The notes beneath the pieces were generated by a model, which searched no databases, was not told the origin of the DNA, and worked only from the letters and a program-made list of their open reading frames with translations. The translations under genes were made by a program, and so were the position numbers. Positions 18,605 through 28,442 of a stretch of DNA of 49,030 nucleotides are shown here, piece after piece. Every line of letters begins with the position of its first letter. Position 1 is the first letter of the stretch. Source of the DNA: Deltaproteobacteria bacterium (GTDB lineage: Bacteria; Myxococcota_A; UBA796; CAJQPC01); the NCBI GenBank assembly GCA_016717595.1, contig JADKFE010000010.1, positions 1-49,030 on the forward strand, written 5' to 3'.

Positions 18605-21083
18605 GGAACGGGCCACACCACCCGCAGCCCCATGGTCAGAAAGCGGCGCTCAGGGGTGTTGCCGAAGCGGGTGGCGAGGCGCTGGGTCATCGGGGGGGAG
18701 CCAAAAAAGCCCCCCCGCACCGCGCGGTGGGTGCCTGCCTCTGGGATATCCACCGCTCGCCCAGCCTGAACTGGCCCTCGCACCGACCACCAGTTGCGGC
18801 ACCAAGTGCGGGCGTTTCCGGCGAGGTCACGCACGCCGTAGGGGCTCTCGTCCGCCTCAAACTCCCCGACCGAGAGCAGGCCGGGCGGCGAAGGAACGGA
18901 GCCCAACACCGCGACCAGCGTGGCTCTAGCTCCCGGCCCCAAGGGGTGTACCGCCCGTCCACACCGCGCCCGGCCTTCTCGATCTCAAGCTCGTTGGGCA
19001 GGTGTCCGCCCATCCAAGCGGCGGCGCGCGCGGCGGCGTCCCACGAGATCGCCGTCACCGGATGATTGACCTCCCCGGGACGGCCGAGCACCACACGGTC
19101 CCCGCTGCGCACGAGATACTGGTCTTTTATGCTGACCCAGGGCCAACAACTCTCCACCCCCGCCTCATCCCCAGCGGCGATGAGCGCCTCCAAAAACGCC
19201 GCGTACTCCCCCAAGGTCACCGGGAAACGCCCCAAGACGAAGCCGTCTACCCACACCCGCTGCCGGGGCAGGCTGTCGGCGGCGAAGGGGTCTCCGCCGA
19301 CGATGCAGTAGCCCGGCGGGATGTAGACCTGGTCGTCACGAAGCTCGCCGGGCTCGGGGATCACGATGAGCGCGGGCTCACCCCCCTCGGGAGGCACGCC
19401 GTCCCAGCGCCCGGCGCGCTCCATGAGCACGGGGTAACGAACGGTGACGCCGTCGGCCTCCAGGGTGACGAGCCAAGATCCCCGGGGCACGGTCACCTCA
19501 CGCAAGGGCGTCACGCCGAGGCGCCGCTCGGGCTCGGGCACGAGGCGACGACCCTGCTCGACGAAGCGGTGCAGCCAGGCGACGGCGGGCCGGGACGTGC
19601 GGATCGACAGCGCGCCGTCGCCCTTGAGGTAGGCCGCGTGTCGCCCGCGGTCGTGGCTCGCGAGCAGCAGCTCCGCCCGCTGCGTCGCCAACGGATCAAG
19701 CTGGCGATCGGCGCGCTCGAGCTCGTCGCGGTAGTGGTCGGCGAGGAGCGCGTGGGCCTCGGGAAGCTCGGGATCCCGGTTGAGCGCGGCGCGGAGATCC
19801 TGATGCCAGGCGACCTCTCGTAGGGTCACCTCGGACTCTAAGGCGGCGGCGCGGTCCTGCATCTCCCAGATGGGCAGCTTGGACTCGACGGGCGCTTCAG
19901 CGCTCAACGACTCCAAGAGCGAGGCGGCGTGGGCCCGAAGCGCCTCGGCCTCCCGCTGGAGCTTGAGGATCCCCGGGCGCTGGGCCTCGGCGCGGCGCGT
20001 CTGGGCGAGGGCCTCGGCGCGGCGCAACGAGCCGTCGAGCCACAACGAGAGCGCCTCGGCCATCGCGCCGGCGTCGGGGTAGCGGTGAATGGGGTCGGGC
20101 ATCAGCGCCCGGCCGCAGATGTGGCGCAGCTCCGGGGGGAGCTCCGCGCGCTCGATGGCCTCGGGCCAGCGCGGCGGGTCGGAGACGAGGCGCCGCCAGA
20201 TGAGCTTGGGGTCGCCCTCCAGGGGGCCTCGACCGCACAGGACGCTGTGCAGCACGGCGCCCAGCCCGTACACGTCCGAGGCTGGCCCCACCTGATCGTG
20301 CTGGCCCCGCGCCTGCTCTGGCGACATAAACGCCGGGGTGCCCAGCACCGCGCCGCCCAAGGTGACGCCCTCGTTCTCCCAGACCGGCGCCCCGGCGAAG
20401 GGCGGCAGCTCCGGCGCGCCGATCCACCGCGCCAGGCCCCAGTCCATCACCCGCACCTCACCGAAGCGGCCCACCATGAGGTTCGCGGGCTTGAGGTCGC
20501 GGTGCAGCACCCCGCGGCTGTGGGCGTACCCGACGGCGTCGCAGATGCTTCGCACCAGGGTGACGAGGCGGTGAACCACGTCGGGGCCCACGGCCGGGCC
20601 GGTGATCATCTCGCCCAGCGTCTTGCCATCCACCAAGGTCATCGTGAACCAGAGGCGCCCGTCAAGAAGCTCTCCGCGGTCCATCACCGAGACGACGCCG
20701 GGGTGCTGCAGCCGCGCCGTGGTCGCGATCTCCCCCAGAAACCTCGCCCGCGCGGCGGCGCTCTCCAGGAGCTCCCAGCCGAGCACCTTCATCGCCACAG
20801 GCACCCGCAGCTTCCGATCCCAGGCCCGGCGAACCTCGCCCATGCCGCCCCGGGCGATGAGCCCGAGATCGTGGTACCGCGCCTCGGGCGACTCAAAGGC
20901 CGCCACGGCCGCGGGCTCCCCGTCTGGGGTCCAGGTGGTCTCGTCGTGCATGATGAATGCTACAGCGCGGAGGGATCCCCGGTCAAGGCGGAGGCGCTGC
21001 CGCGCCCTTGATGGCCCAGGCGGCGATTGACGCCGGGGGGTGGCGGCGGGCGCCTCGCCGGGTGAGAGTACAGCGTGCCTCAC
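18580..21083 (-). CDS. Ser/Thr protein kinase fused to a C-terminal formylglycine-generating-enzyme (FGE/SUMF1) domain; frameshift near 18937-18947
   Basis: Kinase motifs GGMGEVRRA, AMK, HRDLKPANLMV, DWG. FGE-like block YTPWG...SPYGVRDLAGNARTWC...RAVRGGFF...GLRVVW continues in another frame at a cccc/gggg run. Confidence 0.7.
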
Positions 21084-21100
21084 CTCCTCTGGAGCCGCTG

Positions 21101-21712
21101 ATGTCGATCCCGGTCCCCCTTCGTTGTGATTGTGGCGCTGTTGCCGGGGAGATCACCGTGAGCCCCGGCGCCGGCAACCACTGCGTCTGTTTCTGCGACG
21201 ACTGCCAGGCCTTCGCCGCCGCCTTGGGCCGCGAGGACGTGCTCGACGCCTGGGGCGGCACCGACATCTACCAGACCGCCCCTGCGCGTCTGCGCATCAC
21301 CCAAGGTCAAGACGAGCTGCGCGCCCTGCGCCTCAACCCCAAGGGCCTCGTGCGCTGGTACACCGCCTGCTGCAAGACGCCCGTGGGCAACATGATGGCC
21401 ACGCCCCGCTCCCCCTTCGTCGGCGTCATCAGCCGCTTCATCGCTCTGGACGCCGAGGCCCGCGACGCGGCCGTCGGCCCGGTGACCTCCCACGTCATGG
21501 GGCGCTTCGCCAAAGGCGGCTGCCCGCCCCACGCCCACCCCAAGGTGCCGCTCTCGGCGATGCCCGGCATCGCCAAGGTGCTGCTGCGCAACATCGTCAC
21601 CGGCGGCCACAGCCCCTCGCCGTTCATCGTCGATGGCGCCTGGCGGGTTGAGCCCGAGGTGCTGAGCCCCGAGGCCCGGGCCAAGCTCAGCCCAGGCGCG
21701 CCCACGCCTTGA
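21101..21712 (+). CDS. Cys-rich hypothetical protein (GFA/CENP-V-like Zn-binding fold suspected)
   Basis: MSIPVPLRCDCGAVAGEI...NHCVCFCDDCQAF pattern. GGAG sits upstream of the ATG. Confidence 0.45.
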   Translation: MSIPVPLRCDCGAVAGEITVSPGAGNHCVCFCDDCQAFAAALGREDVLDAWGGTDIYQTAPARLRITQGQDELRALRLNPKGLVRWYTACCKTPVGNMMATPRSPFVGVISRFIALDAEARDAAVGPVTSHVMGRFAKGGCPPHAHPKVPLSAMPGIAKVLLRNIVTGGHSPSPFIVDGAWRVEPEVLSPEARAKLSPGAPTP

Positions 21713-21728
21713 TGAGCCCGGCGAGCGC

Positions 21729-22724
21729 CTACTCCGGCGCCTCTCCCCGGCGGCGCCCGCGGGGGGCCGCGCCGACGTGCCGCCGATACGCGCGCCGAAA
21801 CGCCGCGGCGTCCGCGTAGCCCACACGCTCGGCGACGTCCTCCACCGAGGCCTGGGTGGTCTCCAGCAGGTGCGCGGCGTGGGCGACGCGGATGCGCTGC
21901 ACGAAGCGCAGCGGCGTCAGCCCGACGCTCCCCTGCACACGCCGGGCGAGGGTGCGCGGCGACATGCCCGCCGCCCGCGCCAGCTCATCCAGCCCGATCT
22001 GCCGCCCGAGGTTGGCCACGACCAGCTCCTCGACACGTTTGAGCGCGGGGTCATAGGTCGAGAGGTGGTCGAGCACCATGTACCGGCCCTGGGCGGGGCG
22101 CGCGTCGAGCACGAGGTACTGGGCGGCGAGGTGGCCCACCGCCGGGGACGCCACCCGCGAGACCACGGCCAGCACAAGATCGGCGTGGGCGAAGGCCGCC
22201 CCCGCGGTCAGCGTGGCGCCGCTCTCCACCACCATCCGGTCGGCGCGCAGATCCACCAACGGGAACCGTCGTTTAAACGCCGGGATCAGCCACCAGGTCG
22301 TCGTCGCGCTCGCGCCGTCGAGCAGGCCCGCCGCCCCCAGAAAAAACGTCGCCGAGCACGAGGCGGCCACCGTGGCGCCGCGGGCGTGGGCGGCCTGCAG
22401 CGCGGCGAGGACCCGCCGCACGTCGGGCCGCGCGAGGGCCCGGTCCACGGCGCCGAGCGTGGGGGTGAACACGCCAGGCACGACGACGACGTCACCGGGG
22501 CCGAGCAGCTCGGGCTCAAACGCGCCGTCTACGGCCACGGGGCGGCCCAAGAGCGAGGTGACCGGCCCGCCGTCGGCGGAGACGACACGCTGGGTGAGGG
22601 CGCGGGACGAGCAGGGGCTCGGGGCGAGCCCGGCGCGGACGAGGCGCTGGGCGGCGCCCACGATGTCGAGGCCAAGGCCAAGCGCCCCCTCCAGCACGTC
22701 ATTCAGCGCGAGATGCACGATCAT
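21729..22724 (-). CDS. GlxA-family transcriptional regulator (DJ-1/PfpI domain + AraC HTH)
   Basis: C-terminal AraC-type HTH (LDELARAAGMSPRTLARRV...FRRAYRRHVG). N-terminal class-I glutamine-amidotransferase-like fold. Confidence 0.75.
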   Translation of the reverse strand: MIVHLALNDVLEGALGLGLDIVGAAQRLVRAGLAPSPCSSRALTQRVVSADGGPVTSLLGRPVAVDGAFEPELLGPGDVVVVPGVFTPTLGAVDRALARPDVRRVLAALQAAHARGATVAASCSATFFLGAAGLLDGASATTTWWLIPAFKRRFPLVDLRADRMVVESGATLTAGAAFAHADLVLAVVSRVASPAVGHLAAQYLVLDARPAQGRYMVLDHLSTYDPALKRVEELVVANLGRQIGLDELARAAGMSPRTLARRVQGSVGLTPLRFVQRIRVAHAAHLLETTQASVEDVAERVGYADAAAFRRAYRRHVGAAPRGRRRGEAPE

Positions 22725-22843
22725 GGCGGCGACCTCCGGGCCGGAAGGGTCATACGCCAGCGCTCGAGGTTTGGCAAGAACAGACCGATCATCGTCAATC
22801 CCGCCAATGGTCGTGGCGCGGCGCCGCCCCTACACTGTCCCCC

Positions 22844-23686
22844 ATGAACGACGACCCCCTCGACGACTTCTCCCGCCGCGCCATCACCCTCCAGTCGGTG
22901 GAGCGCGCCGTGTACGTCGCCGCCCCACCGGGCGACGGCGTCTTCCCCGCGGTGATCGTGCTCGCGGAGCTCCCCGGCATCAGCCCCCACGTCGCCCGCT
23001 TCGCCCGCTGGGTGCGGGACGCGGGGTTCTGCGTGTACATGCCCTCCCTGTTCGGGAGAGACGGCGCGTGGCCGGAGACGGCCGCCGGGACGCAGGTGCT
23101 GCGGGCGGCCTGCGTCAGCGCCGAGCTTCGGGCCCTCGGCGCCGGCCGGTCGAGCCCGGTGACGAGCTGGCTTGGCGCCCTGGCCCGCCTCGCCCACGCA
23201 GAGCGCGGCGGCCCCGGCGTCGGCGCCGTCGGCATGTGCCTCACGGGCAACTTCGCGCTCTCGATGATGCTGGAGCCCACGATGTTGGCCCCGGTCCTCT
23301 GCCAGCCCTCCTTGCCCCTCGATGATCCCGCGGGGCTCAACATCGCGCCCGAGGAGCTGGCGACGGTGCGCGCGCGCCTGGAGGCCGAGGACCTCACCGT
23401 GCGCGCCTACCGCTTCGAGGGTGACCGCTTCTGTACAGCCCAGCGCTTCGCCGCGTACCAGGCGGCCCTGGGGCCCCGCTTCGAGCCCCGGGTGCTGCCG
23501 AGCGCCGCCGCCTCACCCACCCCGCCCCCGTTCTTTCGCGACGTCGTGGCCTGCCCGCACAGCGTCGTGACCGCCCACCTCATCGACGCCGAGGGGGAGC
23601 CCACCCGGGCCGCCCGCGACGAGATCCTGTCGTTCTTGGCCGCGCGGCTGCGCCCCGCCGCGCTGGAGGAGACCCCCCATGCCTGA
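22844..23686 (+). CDS. Dienelactone hydrolase family protein
   Basis: Alpha/beta-hydrolase with Cys nucleophile elbow GMCLTGNFAL. Confidence 0.65.
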   Translation: MNDDPLDDFSRRAITLQSVERAVYVAAPPGDGVFPAVIVLAELPGISPHVARFARWVRDAGFCVYMPSLFGRDGAWPETAAGTQVLRAACVSAELRALGAGRSSPVTSWLGALARLAHAERGGPGVGAVGMCLTGNFALSMMLEPTMLAPVLCQPSLPLDDPAGLNIAPEELATVRARLEAEDLTVRAYRFEGDRFCTAQRFAAYQAALGPRFEPRVLPSAAASPTPPPFFRDVVACPHSVVTAHLIDAEGEPTRAARDEILSFLAARLRPAALEETPHA

Positions 23687-24332
23687 GTCACCCGTCGTCA
23701 TCATCGGCCGCAGCAGCTCCCACTTCACCCGCGTCGCCACCCTGTTCGCCGCCGAGCTCGGCCTGCCCTGGACCCTGGAGGTGGTCCCCCGCCTGCTCAG
23801 CCACGACCCCGCGGACTTCGGCGGCCACCCCGCCCTCAAGCTCCCGACGCTCATCACCCAAGGGGCGCCCGTCTACGGCGCGGAGAACATCTGCCGCAAG
23901 CTCACCGCCCTCGCCGGGCGCGCCGGAGACCCAACCCTCGTGCTGCCCGAGCACGTCCACGACGACACCGCCCGGAACGCCCAGGAGCTTATCTGGGTGG
24001 CGATGAGCGCCCAGGTCTCGATGCGCCTGTTGAAGCCCGGGGAGGAGCCGCCCACACCGTACCTGCTCAAGACCCAGGCCGGGCTCCGGGGCGCGCTGGC
24101 CTGGCTCGACGCGCGCCTCGACGACACCCTCGCCGCCCTGCCCACGCCGCGTCAGGTGAGCGTGCTAGAGGTCACCCTCTTGTGCCTCGTCGATCACCTG
24201 CGCTTTCTCCCCACCTTCCCCCTCGACGCCTACCCCCGCCTGTTGGCCTTCGCCGACGCCCAGGGCCAACGCGAGTCCGCCCAGCGCACCGTCTTTCATT
24301 TTGACCCCCGCCCGCCCAGAGATCCCCGATGA
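23679..24332 (+). CDS. Glutathione S-transferase-like protein
   Basis: Thioredoxin-like N-terminus VVIIGRSSSHFTRV with a helical C-terminus. Its start overlaps the previous stop. Confidence 0.55.
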   Translation: MPESPVVIIGRSSSHFTRVATLFAAELGLPWTLEVVPRLLSHDPADFGGHPALKLPTLITQGAPVYGAENICRKLTALAGRAGDPTLVLPEHVHDDTARNAQELIWVAMSAQVSMRLLKPGEEPPTPYLLKTQAGLRGALAWLDARLDDTLAALPTPRQVSVLEVTLLCLVDHLRFLPTFPLDAYPRLLAFADAQGQRESAQRTVFHFDPRPPRDPR

Positions 24333-24805
24333 AGCCCCTCACCCTCCCCGCCCTCGACCCCGCCACCGTCACGCCGCGCGCGGGCTCGGGCTACCCAGAG
24401 CCCTTCCGCTCCCGGGTGCTCCCCCGCGAGAAGCGCGCGCTGGGCGACGCCCTCGGCCTCACCCGCTTCGGCGTGAACCTCACGACCCTCGCCCCGGGGC
24501 GCGAGTCCTCAATCCGCCATCACCACTCCCACGAGGACGAGCTCGTCTACGTCTTGGAGGGTGAGCTGGTGCTGCGCACCGACGCCGGAGAGCAGCGCCT
24601 CACCGCGGGCATGTGCGCGGGCTTCCCGGCGGGATCTGGCGACGCTCACCAGCTCGTGAACCGCGGCGACGCCCCCGCCCGATTCTTAGAGATCGGCAGC
24701 CGCGACCCCGACGACGCCGTCGAGTACCCCGACGACGACCTCGCCGTCCACAAAGACGCCACGGGCGCCTACGTGTTCACCCGCCGCGACGGCTCCTCGC
24801 CCTGA
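24329..24805 (+). CDS. Cupin-domain protein
   Basis: HHHSHEDELVYVLEGE...GDAH cupin motifs. ATGA overlap with the GST-like gene. Confidence 0.65.
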   Translation: MKPLTLPALDPATVTPRAGSGYPEPFRSRVLPREKRALGDALGLTRFGVNLTTLAPGRESSIRHHHSHEDELVYVLEGELVLRTDAGEQRLTAGMCAGFPAGSGDAHQLVNRGDAPARFLEIGSRDPDDAVEYPDDDLAVHKDATGAYVFTRRDGSSP

Positions 24806-24825
24806 GCGCGTCGGCGCCGGGCCCC

Positions 24826-25932
24826 TCAGCCCAGGCGCTCCAGCTCTTTGATCAGCGCCTGATCCCGCTCGGAGACGAAGTTGATCACCACGCCCGTGCG
24901 CCCCGCGCGGGCCGTGCGACCGGCGCGGTGCAGGTAGTTATCTACCCGCGACGGCAGGTTGTAGTTGATCACCCGGCCGACGTGCTCGATGTCGAGGCCT
25001 CGGGCGCCCAAGTCCGTGGCGATGAGCAGGTCCACCTCGCCGTCGCGGAACCTCTTGAGGTTCACCCGGCGCTCGACGCGGTCCATCTCCCCGCGGAACA
25101 CGGCGCAGGGCCGCTTGATGCGGGCGAGCTGATAGACCACCTTGTCACACTGCTCGCGGGTGTTGGTGAACAGGAGCGTGCCGCCCTCGTTCGGCGTGGC
25201 CAGCTCGATCTGGAGCTGCTCAAAGCGGCGGCCATCGACGATGCGGCGGTTGATCGTGTGCAGCGTCGAGACCGGGCGGTGGCTGCCCCGGCTGCGCAGC
25301 TCGACGGGCATGTTGAAGGTGCGCTGGGCGAGGCGCGCGACGGGCGGCGGCAAGGTCGCGGTGAACAAGGCGAGCTGGCGACCGGCCGGCGTGGCGTTCA
25401 CCAGATCACCGGCCTGGGGCAAGAAGCCCAAGTCCATGAGCTGATCGGCCTCGTCGAGCACCATCATGCGCACGTCGCCCAACGACACGATCTTTCGCTC
25501 GACGAGCTGGCCCAGGCGACCGGGCGTGGCCACGAGCACCTCAAAGGCGCCCTTCACGTTCTCCCGGCTCTTGAGCAGGTCTACGCCGCCGAGGGCCATG
25601 CGCACCCGCAGGCGGGTGTCGTGGGTGAAGGTCTTGAACACCCGGGCCACCTGCTCGCCGAGCTCGCGGCTGGGCACGAGCACCACGGCGCGGGGGGCGC
25701 TCTCGGCGGTGACCGGGCTGCCGGTCTCCTCTAAGCTCTTGATCTTGTGGAGGATCGGCAGGGCGTAGGCCAGCGTCTTGCCGCTGCCCGTCTCGGCGAC
25801 GCCCACCACCGATCTCCCGGCGAGGAGCTCCGGCATCGCCCGCGCCTGAATCTCCGTGGGCCGGGTGATGCGCTGGGCGTCGAGGGTGGCCTGAAGGGTG
25901 GGCAGCAGCCCAAGCTCATAGAAGCTGTTCAT
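24826..25932 (-). CDS. DEAD-box ATP-dependent RNA helicase
   Basis: Motifs AETGSGKT, PTREL-like SRELGEQV, DEAD (VLDEADQLMD), SAT-equivalent FTAT, HRAGRTARAG. Start at MNSFYELGL; the longer ORF-track start would overlap tRNA-Glu. Confidence 0.8.
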   Translation of the reverse strand: MNSFYELGLLPTLQATLDAQRITRPTEIQARAMPELLAGRSVVGVAETGSGKTLAYALPILHKIKSLEETGSPVTAESAPRAVVLVPSRELGEQVARVFKTFTHDTRLRVRMALGGVDLLKSRENVKGAFEVLVATPGRLGQLVERKIVSLGDVRMMVLDEADQLMDLGFLPQAGDLVNATPAGRQLALFTATLPPPVARLAQRTFNMPVELRSRGSHRPVSTLHTINRRIVDGRRFEQLQIELATPNEGGTLLFTNTREQCDKVVYQLARIKRPCAVFRGEMDRVERRVNLKRFRDGEVDLLIATDLGARGLDIEHVGRVINYNLPSRVDNYLHRAGRTARAGRTGVVINFVSERDQALIKELERLG

Positions 25933-26053
25933 CGAGGCTCCGATCCTGCCCTGGGGTTCGCCACACGTCACGATGTGCCCGCCGCCGTGACGTGCAGGGC
26001 TCCAGAGTACACAACCCCCTCCGACAGACGCCGAAGGGGGTCGTGGGGGAGAT

Positions 26054-26130
26054 GGTGACCCCAACGGGATTCGAACCCGTGTTAGCGGAATGAAAATCCG
26101 CCGTCCTGGACCTGACTAGACGATGGGGTC
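26054..26130 (-). tRNA. tRNA-Glu (anticodon UUC), CCA encoded
   Basis: Reverse complement GACCCCATCGTCTAGTCAGGTCCAGGACGGCGGATTTTCATTCCGCTAACACGGGTTCGAATCCCGTTGGGGTCACCA folds as a cloverleaf. 7-bp acceptor stem, anticodon loop TTTTCAT, close to E. coli tRNA-Glu. Confidence 0.85.
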
Positions 26131-26138
26131 GAGGGGTA

Positions 26139-26211
<73 letters not shown>

Positions 26212-26249
26212 ATAGAGCGCAGGCGAAGTAACAGGGGGGGCCGCGCCGG

Positions 26250-26786
26250 TCAACCCGCCGTGCGCTTGAGGCCCGCCTTGGCCTCCTCGTGATCGGGCTT
26301 GAGGGCGAGGATCGCCTTAAACTCGCGGTTGGCGTTCAGCTTCATCGCCAAGGCCTCATACACGTTCGCCAAGGCCAGCCGGTACTCAACCACCTGCGGA
26401 TCCTTGTCTACGGCCTTGCGGAAGTAGGTCAAGGCGCCCTTGTTGTCGTTGCCGTTGGCCTGGATGATCTTGCCCAGGCGGTAGAAGGGCTCGCCCATCG
26501 GCGGATCGAAGCCTACGGCCTGGTGGTAATGAAAGAACGCCTCCTTGGTGCTGGAGAAGCTCTCGGCCTTCTTCGCCAGCTCGATCTGCTTCTCGGCCTG
26601 CTGGCGACGGCCCTTGGCGTCGGCCTCGACGAAGCGTTTTTTGTACTCCTCGTTGCGCGGGTCAAACTCCATCGCGAGCTTGAAGTTTCTCGCGGCCTTG
26701 GACCACTCGTTCGCGGCGACGTCCGCCTCGCCGAGCTTAAAGAAGCCCCGGGCCTTCTTGAGCCGCTCGATGATCGGGGCCTTCAA
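26250..26786 (-). CDS. TPR-repeat protein; the reading frame stays open upstream through a Pro/Ala/Lys-rich linker, possibly the C-terminal part of the J-domain protein
   Basis: TPR-like helical repeats (YRLALANVYEALA, ALTYFRKAVDKDP). No stop in this frame upstream of MKAP for more than 150 nt. Confidence 0.55.
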   Translation of the reverse strand: MKAPIIERLKKARGFFKLGEADVAANEWSKAARNFKLAMEFDPRNEEYKKRFVEADAKGRRQQAEKQIELAKKAESFSSTKEAFFHYHQAVGFDPPMGEPFYRLGKIIQANGNDNKGALTYFRKAVDKDPQVVEYRLALANVYEALAMKLNANREFKAILALKPDHEEAKAGLKRTAG

Positions 26787-26832
26787 GGCGTCTACGGCGG
26801 GGGAGGAGGCCTTCTTGGGCTCGGCGGCGGGC

Positions 26833-27414
26833 TTAGGCGCCTCGGGCGGCGGCGGCGGGGCTGGCGGCGCCTGGCGCCGGAGGGGTGAAACGTACGGTGT
26901 AGGGATCTGCGGTGGTGGCGGCGGCCGGCGACGCGCCGCCCGGACGCCCCACGTTCGGCGGCGAAGGCGGCGGGGGTCGGGCGGGCGGTGAGCGGGGGCT
27001 GGCCCCGGCGGGCGGCGGCGAGGCGGTCGTCGTGACCGGGCGCGGCGGCGCGGGGCTCGGGCGGGTGGCGGCGGAGGCGCCTGCGCTGGCCGGGGGCTTG
27101 GGCTTGGGCTTCCGCTTCTGGGCGGTGACGAGGTCCTGGTCGTACTGGGCGCGGGCGCGCTCGTCCCCCAAGGTGCGATAGGCCTGGTTCACCCCGGCGA
27201 ACACGTCCTCCAGCATCTTCTCGAGGCCGCCGAGGTCTTGGCGGTAGTAGCGGTCGGGGTGAAACCGCCGCGAGAGGTTGTGGTAGGCGTTCTTCAGCGC
27301 CGTGCGGTCAAAGTCCTCCGCCACGCCGAGGAGCTCGTAGTGTGTGCCGTCGCGCAGCACCTCGCTGAGCCGGTGCAGCTCGGCCACATCTTCAGGCTTG
27401 AGGCCGCCGCTCAT
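26833..27414 (-). CDS. J-domain (DnaJ-like) protein with Pro-rich tail
   Basis: HYELLGV...AYHNLSRRFHPDR J-domain with HPD motif. ATGA overlap with the xerC-like stop. Confidence 0.7.
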   Translation of the reverse strand: MSGGLKPEDVAELHRLSEVLRDGTHYELLGVAEDFDRTALKNAYHNLSRRFHPDRYYRQDLGGLEKMLEDVFAGVNQAYRTLGDERARAQYDQDLVTAQKRKPKPKPPASAGASAATRPSPAPPRPVTTTASPPPAGASPRSPPARPPPPSPPNVGRPGGASPAAATTADPYTVRFTPPAPGAASPAAAARGA

Positions 27415-28346
27415 GGAGCCTCCTCGGGGTCAAAGGGTTCAAGTCTGTCCGGCGCCCCGCTCGCCCCGCCCGCGGCCCGCCGCCCGTGGGGGTGCGCGCT
27501 GCGGTGCACCTCCAACAGCCGCTCCAAAGAGACGTGGGCGTAGCGCTGGGTCGTAGACAAGGAAGCATGGCCAAGCTGCTCCTGAATGGCCCGTAGATCA
27601 GCCCCAGAGGCTAACATATGCGTCGCTGCGCTGTGTCTGAGGGCGTGGGGGTTCACCCGGGGCTGTCCGTTCTTGAGCGCGCTGTCTCCGACGATGGTGT
27701 GAATCGCCCGCGCAGAGAGCCGACCACCACGGTGGTTCAGAAAGAGCGCCCGGCCCTGGGCGGGGAGCTGGCGCATCCACAGGCCCAGCGCCTCGGCGGC
27801 GGGAGGGCCGAAGGGCACGCGGCGCTCTTTGCGGCCCTTGCCCTTTCGCACCGTGACGAGGAGCTGCCCGAGGTCGATGTCGTCGCGGTCCAAGGCCGAG
27901 ACCTCCCCTACACGCAGGCCCGCGCCGTACATCAGCTCCAGGAGCGCCCGGTTGCGGTCGTGCAGCCAGCCCTCTTGAATCGGCGCCTCGACCAGCGCCG
28001 CGGCGTCCTGCTCGTCCAGGTAGCGCGGCACCTTCACCGGCAGGCGGGGGCTGCGCAGGCGCGCGGCGGGGGAGTCGGGGATCAGGCCTTCAGAGACCAT
28101 CCACTTAAAGAAGGATCGCAGCGCCGCGACTCTGCGCCGAATGCTGGCGGCGGCGGGCGCGCCTTCAGCCACGGCGGCGAGGTGCTCCCGAAGATCCACC
28201 AGACGCGCGCTCTGGAGATCTCGTCCGCGCTCCAAAAGGCGCGCCCGCAACGCCGCGAGATCGGCGCCATACGCGCGCAGCGTGTGCTCGCTCGCGCCCC
28301 GCTCAGCGCGCAGAACAAGCAGGTATCGGTCCAGAAGCTCACTCAC
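27411..28346 (-). CDS. Tyrosine site-specific recombinase XerC/XerD family
   Basis: N-terminal core-binding domain (LRAERGASEHTLRAYGADL). C-terminal catalytic R...HxxR...Y (HALRHSAATHML...TQRYAH). Confidence 0.8.
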   Translation of the reverse strand: MSELLDRYLLVLRAERGASEHTLRAYGADLAALRARLLERGRDLQSARLVDLREHLAAVAEGAPAAASIRRRVAALRSFFKWMVSEGLIPDSPAARLRSPRLPVKVPRYLDEQDAAALVEAPIQEGWLHDRNRALLELMYGAGLRVGEVSALDRDDIDLGQLLVTVRKGKGRKERRVPFGPPAAEALGLWMRQLPAQGRALFLNHRGGRLSARAIHTIVGDSALKNGQPRVNPHALRHSAATHMLASGADLRAIQEQLGHASLSTTQRYAHVSLERLLEVHRSAHPHGRRAAGGASGAPDRLEPFDPEEAP

Positions 28347-28442
28347 AATGACTCACCAGGGTGCGTGACGCGGCCAGGGGCTGGCTTGCTTCCCCGCTTG
28401 CGGCATCCTATACGGCGAGCATGATCTTGGGCCGCGCGGCTC

